Shown in pieces: positions 25,464 through 39,159 of a stretch of 64,000 nucleotides of DNA. Below the pieces are notes generated by a model. The model was not told the DNA's origin. It saw nothing but the letters and a program-made list of their open reading frames with translations, and ran no database searches. This DNA is from Daphnia carinata. Taxonomy: Eukaryota. The translations under genes and the position numbers were made by a program. Numbering within the stretch: position 1 is the stretch's first letter; each line of letters begins with the position of its first letter. The stretch lies in NCBI RefSeq assembly GCF_022539665.2, contig NC_081333.1:4340001-4404000 (forward strand), in the 5' to 3' direction.

Positions 25464-28400
25464 ATGACATTTAGGCAAAAAAGATACCCTCCTCCGAGTC
25501 CATACAACCGGCGTTCGAGTAGTGCTTTGGCCAGCGGAGTTGTGCTCGGTTACGATAAGGGTGAGAGGGTCGCCTTAAAAAGAATTCCGTTTAAACCTGG
25601 CGAGAATAGGGGCGAACAAAGTGAGGGCCATTGGGAAAATTTAACAAAGTTACATGATGATAATCTGGTCCAATATCGCAGCTTTACGCTACAGGATGAT
25701 GGCAGGTAATTAAACATTATTGTTTCATTTGTTAAAATTCAAGTAAATTGCACAACTGCGCTGTATTAATAGATACCTAGCGATGGAGTTGTGTCTTGGA
25801 TCTATGCTCGACTATTGTCGCGGCACATTAGACAGCGCGGTTGCGCCACTCGTTAAAGGCAATGATGTCATGTGGCAAATCACGTGCGCTATTGATTACC
25901 TTGAACGCCAAAGAATTGGGCATGGAGACTTGAAACTGGAAAACGTGCTCTTTAAAAAAATCGATTCGGAACCCCAACGGATTGTTGCCAAACTATCCGG
26001 ATATGGATGCAACTATCCTCAACCTACGGTAGAAAAAAATTATCTTTCCAATCTAAATAAGTAAACATTTCGTTTTCACAATTGGATAACGTACAAGGAT
26101 AACATCAAGACGGATTTCTCCAAACTCGGCCGCTTGTACATTTCCGCTGCAACTAAAAAGGAGAACAGACCAAGCGGAGCTCTCGCCACCTGGAATTTAA
26201 ATGAAATCGACCTTAGCGCCCAAAAGGCTGCATTGGAATTGATTAACCTGGTGACTGATGCCAAAAATCCGTTTACTTTTGAAGCTGGCACATTACTGCG
26301 GCACCCGTTTTTTATCTGTTACTGCCAATTTGCGGTACCAAGGCTAATTGAAGAGCAGTCGAATGAGGATATAAGACGTGCATTGAACGATCACCACAAC
26401 CTGGAGATTTGGAGCAAATTTTTGAGTGAAGGCCAAAATAACCCGCTCCCAAATGAAAATTTCAGTGACCTAGAGAAAATTGTAAATTAGAATATTTCAC
26501 GTTTGTTCTTCTATTTTAAGTTATTTAGCAAATATGTTGTTTAGCTTTACGAAGATGATAAACGCCTTGAAACATCGTTAATCGAGGCGTCATCAAGAGT
26601 CCCACAATTATTCGCACAATATGTTTGGTATCTTTCTACTACCCCGGCCGCTATCCCCAACCAAAATAATCAAGTAAGTACAAAAGTATACGGTCTGCAG
26701 AACAGTCAGCTTAAATAATTGCATATTTAGAAATCAGAGTTGGAGATAGGGGAGACTCTAGGACAAGGAATCTATGGAAAAGTGAACAAATGTTATTATA
26801 CCAACAAAGATAGAATACGAATTCTGGCCGCCTGCAAACAATTTAACGCTAAAGTCGGCAAAAAGAACTCATTCGAACGCGAAATTGCTACCCTTTCGCG
26901 GCTAAATCACCTTTTCATCATCAAGTACCTCGATGTCGTAGAAATGGATGACAAAAAGTAAAATCTCAAATTATCATCATCACCTTCATGCTAATTGGAT
27001 ACGATTTGTTAACGTCCTATGGCAGATTTATGGTAATGGAACTGTGTGAAGGATCCTTAAAAGGCTACTTAGAAGGAATGCTGGACCGAGTTCCCAAAGA
27101 CTCAATGGATGACAAAATAATAATAAGTCACGTGGCCCTTGGCCTGGCCTACATCCACAGCAAAGGAATTGTCCACAAGGACTTAACACTCGAAAATATT
27201 CTTCTGAAATGTCCGTCTCCTGCATCCCGTCTCGTGTTGGCCAAAATCGCTGATTTCGTATTGGCTAAAGAACTAAAACCGGATACTTGCGAATTTAGCG
27301 TCACGAAGCATCTTGGTACAGAAGCTTACAAGGCACCTGAACTCAAAGCTCCAAATCACGCTTATCCAGCCAATTTTGCTAGCGACATTTATGCCTTCGG
27401 CATCATAATTGCACAGGTTGCGTTGAAAGGATATCATCCATTCACTTCCGAGAGAACTTATCAATCCCTTTGCATGGCGGCGGGTCTGGTTCCGCCTACA
27501 CTTCAACATCTCAGCTGGGACCTGATTGATTTGATCATCAAATTAACAGCTAAAGAACCAGCGAGACGTCCCATCATGGCCTTAGTTTTGTGCCATCCAT
27601 ATTTCGTCTTGACAAATGCCAAGACCAAAAGACATTTCGTCGATCATCTATGGGCACACATCAATTCGAAAGAGAATAGAAGGATTTCAATGAAACAAAT
27701 CTTCAACAGCCACAATTTCCAGGAGTGGTACAGAACCATAACGGCTAATACACATGAAACTGCCGAGGAAATTGCAGAAAGGGAGACAACCCTTCCAAAG
27801 TTTACACAAGTAAGTTTCGGTTAATGGTAAAACAGTATGCAATTTCGAATTTTTTAAAGCTAAGTAAACCTTTATGGAAACCACAAATCTGACTACTTCA
27901 GATTCAACCAGATTGCACAGTTGAAAGTTTGTACGGTCCGGCCAAACAATACAAACAAAAAATTCAAAACGTATTGAAGGCGGAATACGATGATAAAATT
28001 GCAAATAAAATCAACCAGGTATACACCAAGTGTAGCAGCTCAATGTCAACATCACTCTGATTTCAACCCTATATTTCAGGTCATTTCGCCTCACGCTCTG
28101 TTCGCTCGTGATCATTCCCACAATCGTACTACGCAGCCTGCTGCCGCATCAATTCACCATGGAGAAGCATCAGAAAAGAATGCAACCACAAACGAAATTA
28201 ATAAGGTATTTTTCAAAGAGATAAAAATAACCTACGCGGATCAATTAAACAATCGCAAAAACTAACTGCATTATAGACGAGTACAGTGGTACAAAACCAA
28301 ATTTCCCGGAAACGTTTGCACAAAATGGTAGAAATTACACCAGCGCTTTTGGTGTTGTATTTCTGGTCTTCCTTAGCCGACACGATCAACAGCAAACCTG

Positions 28401-30452
28401 TCAATCCATCGGAGACTGCAACGAATCAACAAAACCCGATTTCTTCCGGCAAAAGAAAGTATCAACTGGCACAATTCAGAAAATTGGTATTCAACTTAAT
28501 TATTCTTGTTCGAATAAGAAAAAATAGAGAAGAAAGATTTTTGCCAATAACTAACTTGGTTGCAAATGTTTGTGCAGATTACCAACGAGTTGCAATGGAG
28601 CAGTTTGTTCTATGATGACGATGAGCAAATCGCCGACGAGTTGTGGAAAATAAAGTATCCCCAAATTCACGAAATGTCGCAAGATACGGAAAAAGAAATA
28701 ATACGAGCAGCGGCGAAATGCAACATCTCGCCAGCTATTTGGTCGGAATTGCTGAATTGGATGGGAACAAGCGCCGATTCAGTTCTACTTCACGAAGTAG
28801 TTCAAAGCCAAGTTCCAAATGCTCCAAAAATTGCCGACATGATTCTAAAAAAACATTGGTTCAAGGAAGAACAACTTTCTTCCTTTCATTTGGCGGCCTT
28901 TAATGAAGGAAACTATACAGACGACATCGTGAAAGTGCTTTTTGATAACAAAAGAATTCCAACCCTGACCGAAGATGGACTTACTCCGATTCACATCGCA
29001 GCCCTAAACGAGTCGGATTGCGGATGGATGATGTTAAAACTTCTCCTGGATAACGGAGCGGAACCAAACGCTCGTTTTCAAAACGGAACCACACCCGTCC
29101 ATTGGGCAGCCATGAATCAAGGGAGACACGCAGGCGAAATGTTAAAACTCCTACTCGATCGCGGTGGCGATAGCGATAAGATCGATGAAAATGGTCTCGA
29201 GCCAATTCACTATGCAACGTTGAATACTAGTGATTCTGCATTCATGCTGTTGGACGTGCTCCTTAAAAAACGAGGTGCCAACGCCACTGACAGCACTGGA
29301 AGAACGTTACTTCACTTTGCAGTGTTAAATGAAGGACATTTTGCACAAGAAATATTAAACAAATTGATTGAAAGTGGAGAAAACCCTAATGCCCGAGATG
29401 ACAATGGACGAACCCCCCTTCATTTAGCAACACGCGATGAAAAAATTCATCAACTTGAATTGATGCGAATTTTGTTACAAAACAGCGGCGATCCGAATGC
29501 TGTTGACCAATCAGGATTGACACCTGTTCACTACGCAGCGGCTAGTGAAAATGAATATGCCCATAAAAAACTTAAACTCTTGTTAACTTGTAAGGGATAT
29601 TTAACCATTCAAGACAAAGACGGACTCACACCTATTCATTGTACCATCATCAATAAAGGCAAATGTGGGGATGAAATGAGAAAGTTAGTGGGTGTCAACC
29701 CACAGAAAACAAACGCTTACCTCAACAGCAATAAAGAGACGCTCCTGCATCGCCTTGTCAGTAAAAATGATGGTCATCTCGATCTTGTTCAAATGGTAAT
29801 CCAAAATGGAGGTGATCCGAACGCAACAGATAAACTTGGACGTTCACCTGTTCATTCGGTCGTCATCTCAAACGACTCACTTGTGGGACTAGGCATGTTA
29901 CGGCTGCTGCTTGCAAATCGAGGAAACGTTAACCTACAGGATAAGGAAAAACAATTTACACCTGTTCACTATGCGGCATCTAGTTTGAAACTAAGAGTAC
30001 CTGAAAAGATGAAGATCCTCCTTAAAAGCGGTGGAGATGTAAACGTAAGGAGCAATGATGAGATCACACCCTTACATTTGGCGGTTGCGAATTCGGGAAT
30101 TTACGGACCGCAAGTGACGAGAATGTTACTCAAATTAGGAGCTGACGTGAATGCCATCGATGTTAATCTACGAACGCCGTTGCATGCGGCAATTAGAAAT
30201 GAAAACGATGAAGCTAGTTTTGATGCGATTTTGCAGTTGGTCGAAAAAGGCGCAAATCCCAACGCTCGTGACATTAAAGGATGGACACCGATCCATTACG
30301 CCGTTCAACGTCGAAAACGTAATTCGGTCCAAGTGGTGAAGCTTCTGGTACAACACGGAGGCAGCATGAAGATCAAAGACAATAAAGGGATGACGCCACA
30401 ACGTCTCGCCGAACACTGCCTGCCCGAGTGTTTGACTGCTGATCAAATCTAA
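25464..30452 (+). CDS. Tandem pseudokinase-kinase-ankyrin protein, copy 1 (10 exons, ~1,400 aa)
   Basis: Approximate exons 25464-25705, 25773-26028, 26098-26481, 26545-26673, 26731-26958, 27026-27809, 27902-28018, 28080-28205, 28278-28487, 28579-30452 join in frame via GT-AG. Domain 1: VALK, HGDLKLEN, SGYG. Domain 2: GQGIYG, AACK, HKDLTLEN, DFV, APE. Last exon encodes ~15 ANK repeats. Confidence 0.82.
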
Positions 30453-30965
30453 ACAAAAAAAGGCGGATGCATAAACTTTGCCCAAACATAGACTTTTTAG
30501 GATTCAGCATCTAGCTGAGTATACTAAAAAGCTAGGGATTTATCGACACAACCGTTCTCTTCATAAGAACGTCATACTACTAAAATTTTAAAACATATTT
30601 CTGGTTAATTTGATGGTTGGACAAAAGCTGATAATTCTGTTCTTAATACGAATGTACAGGGGAGCGATTCAGCAACAGTCCATCATCTTTGAAATCAGAA
30701 TAGAATTCACAATGCCCCTTACGTGTAACTCTTATTCGGATTTACCACAATGTGTACATCTATGGATCATTTAAAAAATCTGTGCAATAAAGAGGGCAAG
30801 TAGAACGTTTCGTAATCTAGGAAGCTTGCATCTGCGTAACAAGTTTCGCAGCCACATTAAACTATTAGGAATGGCCACTGACCTTGCTGACGAAGTTGTC
30901 TTAATAGTCCGAGACCATTTCAATTTGATGTCCACACAGCGAAGTGTTGTTTTACATGTCGCCGC

Positions 30966-31550
30966 TGGTCAGTTGCACAGTAGCGATTTATCTTGGGGTA
31001 GTAATGGGGCATCCAGGCCCGAAGCCGGAGTTCGTCGAGTGAGTCAACATCCTGACGCTCAAACCGGAAAGAATTATTCTAAAGCGGGACTCAACATGAA
31101 TCGCGTCCGCCAGATGGAATCTTCAACTAAGTTCGGACCGAGTAATGCACCAGCAATGATGAGCGAAGCCCAGGAATCTTTTCTTCCGCTGGATAACGCT
31201 CTAAAAGGAAAGGTAATGCATCATCATACCAGCAATTGATTGCAAAATGGAATTGTGGGCAACTCATCGCTGGTGGCTGGAGCCGAATGAACGCTGCCAA
31301 CAACAATCACTGCCAATGATCAGGGACCACCCAACAGGCGGGGAGGAAGCATCAGACGACCGAATCATCGCTCTTGTTCAATTAGGGCGGACAATCGACC
31401 ATCGAGACGGATGGATCTCTTTGCAAACAGGGTTTCACGTTACCGGCCATCGAACCGTGTCCTGCATGTGGATGACAAATCAAATTACCAGTTCACTTGA
31501 GAATTACATAACCAACATTTCTGTTAATCCATTATTCACTCAACGGATTG
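30966..31550 (+). pseudogene. Decayed duplicate of the SAXO 3' exon
   Basis: Homologous to 24300-24915 (SWGSNGASRP...MNRVRQMESS) with stops and frameshifts. Confidence 0.85.
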
Positions 31551-32303
31551 ACAAGTTTTTAGCATACTTAACAGTATTTAAAATTATTTTTCCTATTTCC
31601 ATCTCATTTTTTTAAAACGAAACCTTCATTCGACTTTTGACCTTTGTCTGCTCGATAATTTATCATACACTCTAATCGGTCACATTTTACATTTCGAAAA
31701 AAAATTTGAAAAAAAAACAGTTTCGAAACACCAAGCTTAATTACATATAGCGACGCTAAATCCCCCTGATAAATCTAGGGATTACATGAAAAAGGTCAAG
31801 TGACATCAGAACTTAGTTTCCTGCTAAGCTATTAGTTAGTGTTCTGAGAATGCAAAGAAGAAAACAAAGGACGAATAAAGGCATTAAAGGCGTCAGAAAG
31901 CACGACATTAGAATAAAAGAGAACGTTCTCCAGTTTTTAGTTTCTTGGAAAATATCTGTTGCCCACGCAGAAATTTTCCCGCAAAATGATCGGGAAACCT
32001 TTAGCTTTATCAGCAAATAAAAGTTTACAAACGGTTTTCAATTTTAAATATAAACATTACGTCAACTTTGCCTTATCTTTCCAGCTAACTTTCGAAAGAA
32101 AAAAAAATATATATATATACGTCTAGGGGTCGTATTATTTACACTAGATATGAAACGTAACTTATTGATCACATTTATCAAAGATAAAAGTAGAATACGG
32201 GACTTAAGACGCTGTACATTGTTCACAAAAGTGATTGTCTAACAGTCGCTCAATTCCAGCAGACTGCGATCAATTCCAAGTCTTAATGTAAATTTGAGTT
32301 AAA

Positions 32304-35300
32304 ATGTCATTTAGAAAAAAAGGTTACCCTCCTCCGAGTCCATACAACCGGCGTTCGGCTAATGTTTTGGCCAGCGGAGTTGTGCTCGGTTACGATAAGG
32401 GTGAGAGAGTCGCCTTAAAAAAAATTCCGTTTAAGCATGGCGAGAATAGGGATGAACAAAGTGAACGCTATTGGGAAAATCTAACAAAGTTACGTGATAA
32501 TAATCTGGTACAGTATCGCAGCTTTACGTTACAAGATGATGGCAGGTAATTAAACACTATTGCTTCATTTCTTAAGTGTTCAGTTAGAAATCAAGTTAAT
32601 TGCACAATTCGCTGTATTAATAGGTACCTTGCAATGGAGTTGTGCCAGGGATCCATGCTCGAACACTGTCGCGGGACATTAGACAGCGCAGTTGCGCCAC
32701 TCGTTAAAGGAATCGATGTTATGTGGCAAATTACGTGCGCTGTCGATTACCTTGACCGCCAAGGAATTGGGCACGGAGATTTGAAACTGGAAAATGTGCT
32801 CTTTAAAAAAGTCGATTCGGAACCCCAACGGGTTGTTGCCAAACTATCCGGATATGGATGCAACTCTCTCCAGTCTAGGGTAGAAAAAAAATTTTTATTT
32901 TTAAACACTAAAGTTAAGTAAATATTTTGTTTTTACAATTGGATAACGTACAAGGATGACATCAAGACGGATTTCTCCAAACTCGGCTGCTTGTACATTT
33001 CCGCTGCAACTAAAAAGGAGAACAGACCAAATGGAACTCTAGCCACCTGGAATTTAATGGAAATCGACTTTAAAGACCAAAGACTTGCATTGGAATTGAT
33101 TAATCTTGTGACTGATGCCAGAAATCCGTTTACTTTTGAAGCTGGCACGTTGTTGCGACACCCGTTTTTTATGTGTTACTGCCATTTTGCGTTACCAAGG
33201 CTAATTGAAGAGCCGGCAAATGCGGATATTAAACATGAATTGCACAATCACCGGAATCTAAAGAAATTTGAGAAATTTTTCGGTAATGGACAGCCCCTGC
33301 CTGCAAATTTCAGCGATCTAAAAGAATCGTAAGTTAAAATTTTCAAATTGTTTCCTAGAAACGGTTTCAACAGTGCATCTTTTTTCTTTTTTATCTTAAA
33401 TTATGTTTTTTAGCTTGTGTCAGACGATAACAACATAGAAGCATCGTTAACTAAGGCGTCATTAAGAGCCCCAATGTTACTCGCACAATATATTTGGCAC
33501 GTTTCCACTACCTCGGCCGCCATTCCCAGAGGAAACAATCAAGTACAGAAATTTAAACATAAAGGTGTGCAAATTAATGAGATCAATTCACTCAATTTAT
33601 AGGGATCAGTTTTGGATAATGAAGACTATGTTAGAAAAGGGTCTTATGGAAAAGTGTTCAAATGTAACTATACTCATACAGATGGAAGTCAACTTAAGGC
33701 CGCCTGCAAAAAATGTAAAATAAAGGATGGCGCGGAACCTGTGTTTGAACGTGAAATCCAAACCCTTTCACACTTGAAGCATTTGTTTGTCGTTGAACAT
33801 CTAGGTGTCGTAATAAAGAACGCCAAAAAGTAAAATCTCAAAAATTAGAATTTTAACGTTCATGATTATTCAATTGATTATAATTGTTGATGCTCTTCGA
33901 CAGGTATATGGTAATCGAACTATGCGAGGGCTCCTTGAAGGAATACGTTCTAGGAAAGTTGGAACTACGTTCTAAAGACATGTTGGATGACAAAATAATA
34001 ATAAGTCAAGTGGTCCTCGGCATGGCCTACATCCACAGCAAAAAAATCATTCACAAAGATCTAAAACTTGAAAATATCCTTCTCAAACGTCAATCACCTG
34101 AGTCCCACCTACTGTTGGCCAAAATCGCTGATTTTGGTTTTGCTAAAGAACTGAAACCGAATTCTTTCAGTTTTAGTTCCACTAATCATCCAGGTACAAC
34201 ATCTTATATGGCACCCGAACTTCTCCGTGCTTCTCCAAACGCTTATCCGGCCAATTTTGCCAGCGACGTGTATGCTTTGGGCATAACAATTGCACGAATT
34301 GCGTTGAAAGGAAGGCATCCTTTTACCGATAACGAAAATCTTCGACGGCATTTACAGATACAGGGTCTGATTCCGCCTACACTTCATCATCAAAGCTGGG
34401 ATTTGATCGATTTGATCATTAAATTAACAGCTAAAGAACCAGCGAAACGTCCCATCATGGCCTTAGTTTTGTGCCATCCATATTTCGTCTTGACAAATGC
34501 CAAGACCAAAAGGCATTTCGTCGATCATCTATGGACACACATCAAATCAAAGGAGAATAAAGAAAATTCAATGAAACAAATGTTCAACAGCCATAATTTC
34601 CAAGAGTGGTACAGAACCGTCACCGCTGATACGCAAGAAACTGTCGAAGAGGCCAAGGAAAAGAAGGAAATCGTCGCAACAGCCAGAAAAGTAAGGAACA
34701 GTTAATGCTAAAACAGTATGCAATTATGATGTTGTAGTTATGCAACCATTTATGCTAACAATTAACGTTTACCATTGGCATTTCAGCTTCATCCTAAAAG
34801 TACAATTGAAAGTTTGTACGGTCCAGCCAAACAATACAAACAAAAAACTACGGATGCTCTGAAGACCAGATTCTCTCAACCAGATTGCACAGTTGAAAGT
34901 TTGTACGGTCCGGTAAAACAATACAAACAAAAAATTCAAAAATGCTTTGAATGCCGAATACGACGATAATATTGGAAACCAAATTGACCAGGTATACGTT
35001 ATTTTGAGCCTGAAAATCGACATTATCTTGATTATAGCCATACATTTTAGATTTTTTCGGATCACGCTCTGTTTGTTCACGATCATTTGCATAGTCACAA
35101 CATTTTACAGCCCGCTGCCGAATCGGTTCTCCAGGCAGGAAATCCGGAAAACGATGCCAATTCTGAAAATCCCATTAATCAGGTATTCCTTATTAAAGAG
35201 ATCACAATGACTAGCTATTAGCGTATTAACTATATTTTAGGAAAGTTCAATTCAGTATCTTCAACACCAAATTTATCAAAATCGTTTAAACAAAGCGATC

Positions 35301-37487
35301 CAGAGCAAACCAGCACTTCTAGTGTCCTATTTCTGGTTTCGCTTGGCCGAAACGATCAACAACAAAACTGGTGATACATCGGTGACAGCGACAAATCAGC
35401 AAACATCAATTTCGCCTGACGAAAGAAATCATCGATTTGCTCAACTTAAATATTGGGTACTCAACTAGCTTTATTATGGTTATTATTATTATTATTTACT
35501 TAAAATAAACCAAGCAAATAAACACACACACACAAAACACATTTCACATGACCAAGAATAATATTTATCATTGCTAACATTGTTGGAAATGTTTGTGCAG
35601 ATTCCCAATGAGTTGCAATGGAGCAGTTTGTTCTATGGCGATGACGAACAAATCGCCGACGAGCTATGGAATATCAAATATCCCAAATCGTACCAAACAT
35701 CCGAAAAAACAACAAATAAAATCATACGGACAGCAGCAAAATGCAACATCTCGCTAGCTGTTTGGTCAAAGTTGTTGAATTGGATGGAAAATAGCAGCGA
35801 TGCACTGCTCAGAGAAGTAGTTCAAAGTCACGTTCCAAACGCTCCTAAAATTGCAGATATGATTCTACAAAAACATTGGTTCAAGGAAGAAAATCTGTCT
35901 TTGTTTCATTTGGCGGCCTTTAATGAAGGAAACTACACGATCCAAATAATGCAAGCATTATTTGAAAACAAAAGAATTCCAACCGTGACCGAAGATGGAA
36001 TTACTCCAGCTCACATAGCAGCATTAAACGAATCTAATTACGGACCGGCGTTGTTAAAACTTCTCTTAGATAATGGTGCAAATCCAAACGTTAGCTTCCA
36101 GAACGGGACCACACCCGTCCATTGGGCAACCATGAATCAAGGAAAATACGCAGCAGAGATTCTGAAGTGCCTACTCGATCGCGGTGGCGATAGCGACAAG
36201 ATAGATAAAAATGGTCTCAAGCCAATTCATTACGCAATAATGAATACTGGTGAGTCTGTACTGGAACTGCTGGACTTGCTACTCAAAAAACGAGGTGCCA
36301 ATGTTGTCGACAACACTGGAAAGACATTGCTCCATTTTGCAATCGTCATTGAAGGAGAATGTGCACAGGGGACTCTGAAAAAATTGATGGAAAGTGGAGA
36401 AAATCCCAACGTCGGAGATAACAGAAAACGCACCCCACTTCACTTAACAGCAAGAAACGAAAAAAATCAACAACTTGAATTGATGCGAATTCTTTTACAA
36501 AACGGGAGCGATCCGAATGCAGTTGACCAATCAGGATGTACATCTGTTCACTACTCAGCAGCTAATAAAGGAGAACATGCTCATGAAAAACTGAAGCTCT
36601 TGTTATCTTTTAAGGGAAGCTTGTCTATTAAAGACAAAAATGGATTAACACCTATTCATTATGCCATCATCAATAATGGAAAACGTGGGGACGAAATGAG
36701 AAAGCTAGTAGGTGTTAACCCAGAAAAAACAAATGCACACCTCAACAGCAATGATGAAACGCTTCTTCATCGTCTTGTCAGTAAAAATGACGGCAAACTG
36801 GATCTTGTTCAAATGGTAATCCAAAATGGAGGCAACCCGAACGCAAAGGACAATCTAGGACGTTCACCTGTTCACTCAGTCGTCACTTCGAACCAGTCGC
36901 TTGCAGGACTAGACATATTACGACTGTTGCTTGAAAAAAGAGGGAACGCGAACCTTGGGGACAGGGAAAATCAATTTACACCTGTTCACTACGCGGCATC
37001 TAGCTTAAAAGAGAGGACGCCAGACAAGATGGAGATTCTCTTGAGCAATGGTGGCAATGTAAACGCACAGGGCTATGGCGGAATTACACCCCTGCATTTG
37101 GCTGTCGCAAATTCAGGAATTTACGGACCTCAACTGATAAAAATATTGCTCAAATTTGAAGCTAACGTGAATGCTACTGATGCTCAACAACAAACGCCCC
37201 TGCACAAAGCAATCAGAAACGAAAACGAGGACATTAGTTTCGACGCCATCCTACAGCTGGTCGAAAAAGGCGCAAATCCCAACGCTCGTGACAAGAAAGG
37301 ATTGACACCAGTCCATTATGCCATTCAACATAGAAGACAAAACTCGGTTAAAGTGGTGAAGCTACTGTTACAACATGGCGGACGCATGAACATCGAAGAC
37401 AATACAGGAATGACGCCACAACGTCTTGCCGAATACTGCCTACCCGAATACTTAACTTCGAATGAAAACTTAAATAACGAAGAATGA
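32304..37487 (+). CDS. Tandem pseudokinase-kinase-ankyrin protein, copy 2; two apparent 1-bp frameshifts (pseudogene or assembly error)
   Basis: Same exon layout as copy 1; HKDLKLEN/DFG intact; -1 A near 33320 and +1 A near 34938; internal duplication in exon 7. Confidence 0.75.
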
Positions 37488-38479
37488 CAAAATTCTTCGT
37501 ACGAAAAGTGGTACTGCAATTTCTTTATTTTTACGTAGTCATTTTGTAGCACTGAAAAATTCTTTGTCTTTACGATAAAAATTCCTACTGCAAACACAAT
37601 CCTACGCTTTTCCTTCCTTTTTTTAACCGTTGCTACACTTACTTGTTTGTTAACAGATAGGGATTAAATTCTTATTTCAAGTAGAAAGGAAATAGTTTAG
37701 CAACAAACAGTTTGTTGTTTTTTTCCAATGATTATGAATAATTTTAGCAATTGATAAATCAAATGTAATCGTAGGTTATCTGCGTTTCGTATGGCTACGC
37801 CAATTCAAAAAATTACGAACCCAAATTGGCAAAAGCCTTACTTGAATACAAGGTCCCAATCGCCACAAATATCCATCTACGTCCTCCCGACGCTTCTAAA
37901 CGAAAAGCGGCAATAACCAAGTAAAAACAAAAACCTGCCGGATAAATGCGAAAACGTGGCACGCTAATGGTTACAAATGTTGGATAAGACCCCTTTAGGC
38001 GATTGTTAACAAATGGCCTGAGTTACTGAAAATGCCAATTTTACTAGTTCGAGTAGGTCACATTTTTCAAACAAATGCAAAAACCAAGTGAAACAAGATC
38101 AAATTCCATAGAAAACGGTTACTAAATTTCCAGTTTTAAAAGATAAGACAAATTGTTTATATGTACCTCGGATATTAAAATTAACTTCTTATTTGCGGAT
38201 TAAGGCAGGTAATGGGTTGGTTGAAGTACGGGTTTTAAACAACCTTAGATTTCTGTTTTACAGTAACGCTAAATTAACATAACAATTATTTCTATTTTAT
38301 AGTCCCCAAATGTACAAAATTTACTATTACCCCTCTAACGAAAAAGAACTAACGGGCATGCTCACTGACCTTTCTGATGATGGCTGATGAGTTTCCAGCT
38401 TTCCAACAGCTTTCACGTCGAGCCAGCTGCAACATGGCGAGCCGACACTGACGCCATAGGATTCAGTTTGATGTCCACA

Positions 38480-38655
38480 TCCCACAGCATCTTTTCACGT
38501 CACATCTTGTTTCTTAAAATGTTATGCAACGATAGCGAGAGCAAAGAAAACACGAAACTATGCTTCATGTCTACACCCCCAAAAGATCCACAGCATCTTT
38601 TCACGTCACGACACACTTGTTCCTTAAAATGCTATGCAACGATGGCGAAAGCTAT
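38480..38655. repeat. ~105-bp direct duplication (CACAGCATCTTTTCACGTCAC...ATGCAACGAT) in the spacer
   Basis: Two near-identical copies starting near 38483 and 38589; single copies at 47220 and 54948. Confidence 0.75.
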
Positions 38656-39159
38656 GAAAAGACTAAACTTTGTAAAAATGTTCGCGTCATTGGTGCTTGC
38701 CTGTTGTCTGCTATAATTAAACTCCATCACTGTGCTTAACGTTTAACTGAAATTGCAGTGAGGCGGACGTAACACGAAGCACTGAAAAATTACGTCGGAA
38801 ATTTAATACTGTTGAAATACCCATGAACACTTGGGATTTAACTGTATCACATAAATTCAGTTGAGTAACAGAGTTTTAAGCAAAAACAACTACTCAGCCG
38901 GTTCACATGTATCACCGACTGAGTCCAAACTCCAAAGATCAACTGAGTGATGCAGCGACTTTCGACGAAGAAAGAAAGCGGCCATTTTGATTTTTGTTCA
39001 CCCTTCCCCCAGCTGACAAAATTTCCCTCCAAAAAACTATGCTGTTTCTTGGAACTGTCGAAACAAAAATGGCCGAATAGCAAATGACGAATGATGAAGA
39101 TTGAAGGGAAAGGCAACCACTCGCGGCAATGTAACTGATGGAGAAAACTGTTTCCAGCC

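Noticed and set aside
30826..31615. 137-aa and 122-aa ORFs as genes (likewise 40511, 47810, 48032)
   Set aside because: They are frameshifted remnants of the SAXO last exon.
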